NCBI GenBank assembly: GCA_049599475.1 | Contig: JBMYOQ010000026.1 | Span: 1-47,526, forward strand | Source: Opitutales bacterium | GTDB lineage: Bacteria > Verrucomicrobiota > Verrucomicrobiia > Opitutales > JABSRG01 | Length of the DNA stretch: 47,526 nucleotides | Direction of reading: 5' to 3' | In this document: positions 47,505-47,526 of the stretch, piece by piece | Position numbering within the stretch: position 1 is the first letter of the stretch | Layout: the number at the start of each line of letters is the position of its first letter | Position numbers and translations under genes: made by a program | Notes under the pieces: generated by a model | Seen by the model: only the letters and a program-made list of their open reading frames with translations | The model's database searches: none | What the model was told of the DNA's origin: nothing

Positions 47505-47526
47505 CTTTGCTGGGTCTACACCAAAG

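Noticed and set aside
47332..47505. N-terminal extension of the LysM ORF ([15 protein letters not shown]..)
   Set aside because: It is the antisense translation of tRNA-Pro and its promoter.
47428..47526. tRNA-Pro as an integration site for an island in this window
   Set aside because: I saw no duplicate of the tRNA 3' end and no integrase; any island would lie to the right, outside the window.

Overview
A gene-dense bacterial chromosomal segment, most likely from a Verrucomicrobiota (Opitutales-like) organism. That assignment is an inference from the PVC-type ECF sigma/FecR-LamG pair, SHD1-like secreted proteins, alpha2-type GlyRS and the BlaI/M56 pair. The housekeeping backbone is panB-panC-coaX-panD, fbaA, serA-plsY-hom-aspS, glyQS, a NUDIX hydrolase, a LysM protein and tRNA-Pro(TGG). 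Signalling genes are an NtrC-type activator, a CheX-like protein, an ECF pair, a PAS hybrid kinase and BlaI/BlaR1-like proteins. Accessory genes include a Maf-type glycosyltransferase, a circularly permuted ATP-grasp plus alpha-E pair, an azurin-like lipoprotein, oleC/oleD and a fused ABC transporter cluster. The most striking structure is at about 18.44-19.52 kb. Three copies of a ~90-105 bp imperfect hairpin built from 8-nt subunits alternate with an intact GxxExxY (PD-(D/E)XK-fold) gene and an internally deleted, nonsense-mutated second copy of it. Two mutually similar terminator hairpins bracket the whole array. It is a candidate undescribed nuclease/hairpin cassette system. Other leads are a stand-alone tandem-AP2 protein, a membrane-anchored STAND-like NTPase, an unannotated 56-aa signal-peptide-plus-anchor ORF, two sigma-28-like promoters and a paired BlaI-type operator. 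All protein calls come from motif recognition by eye; no database search was run.
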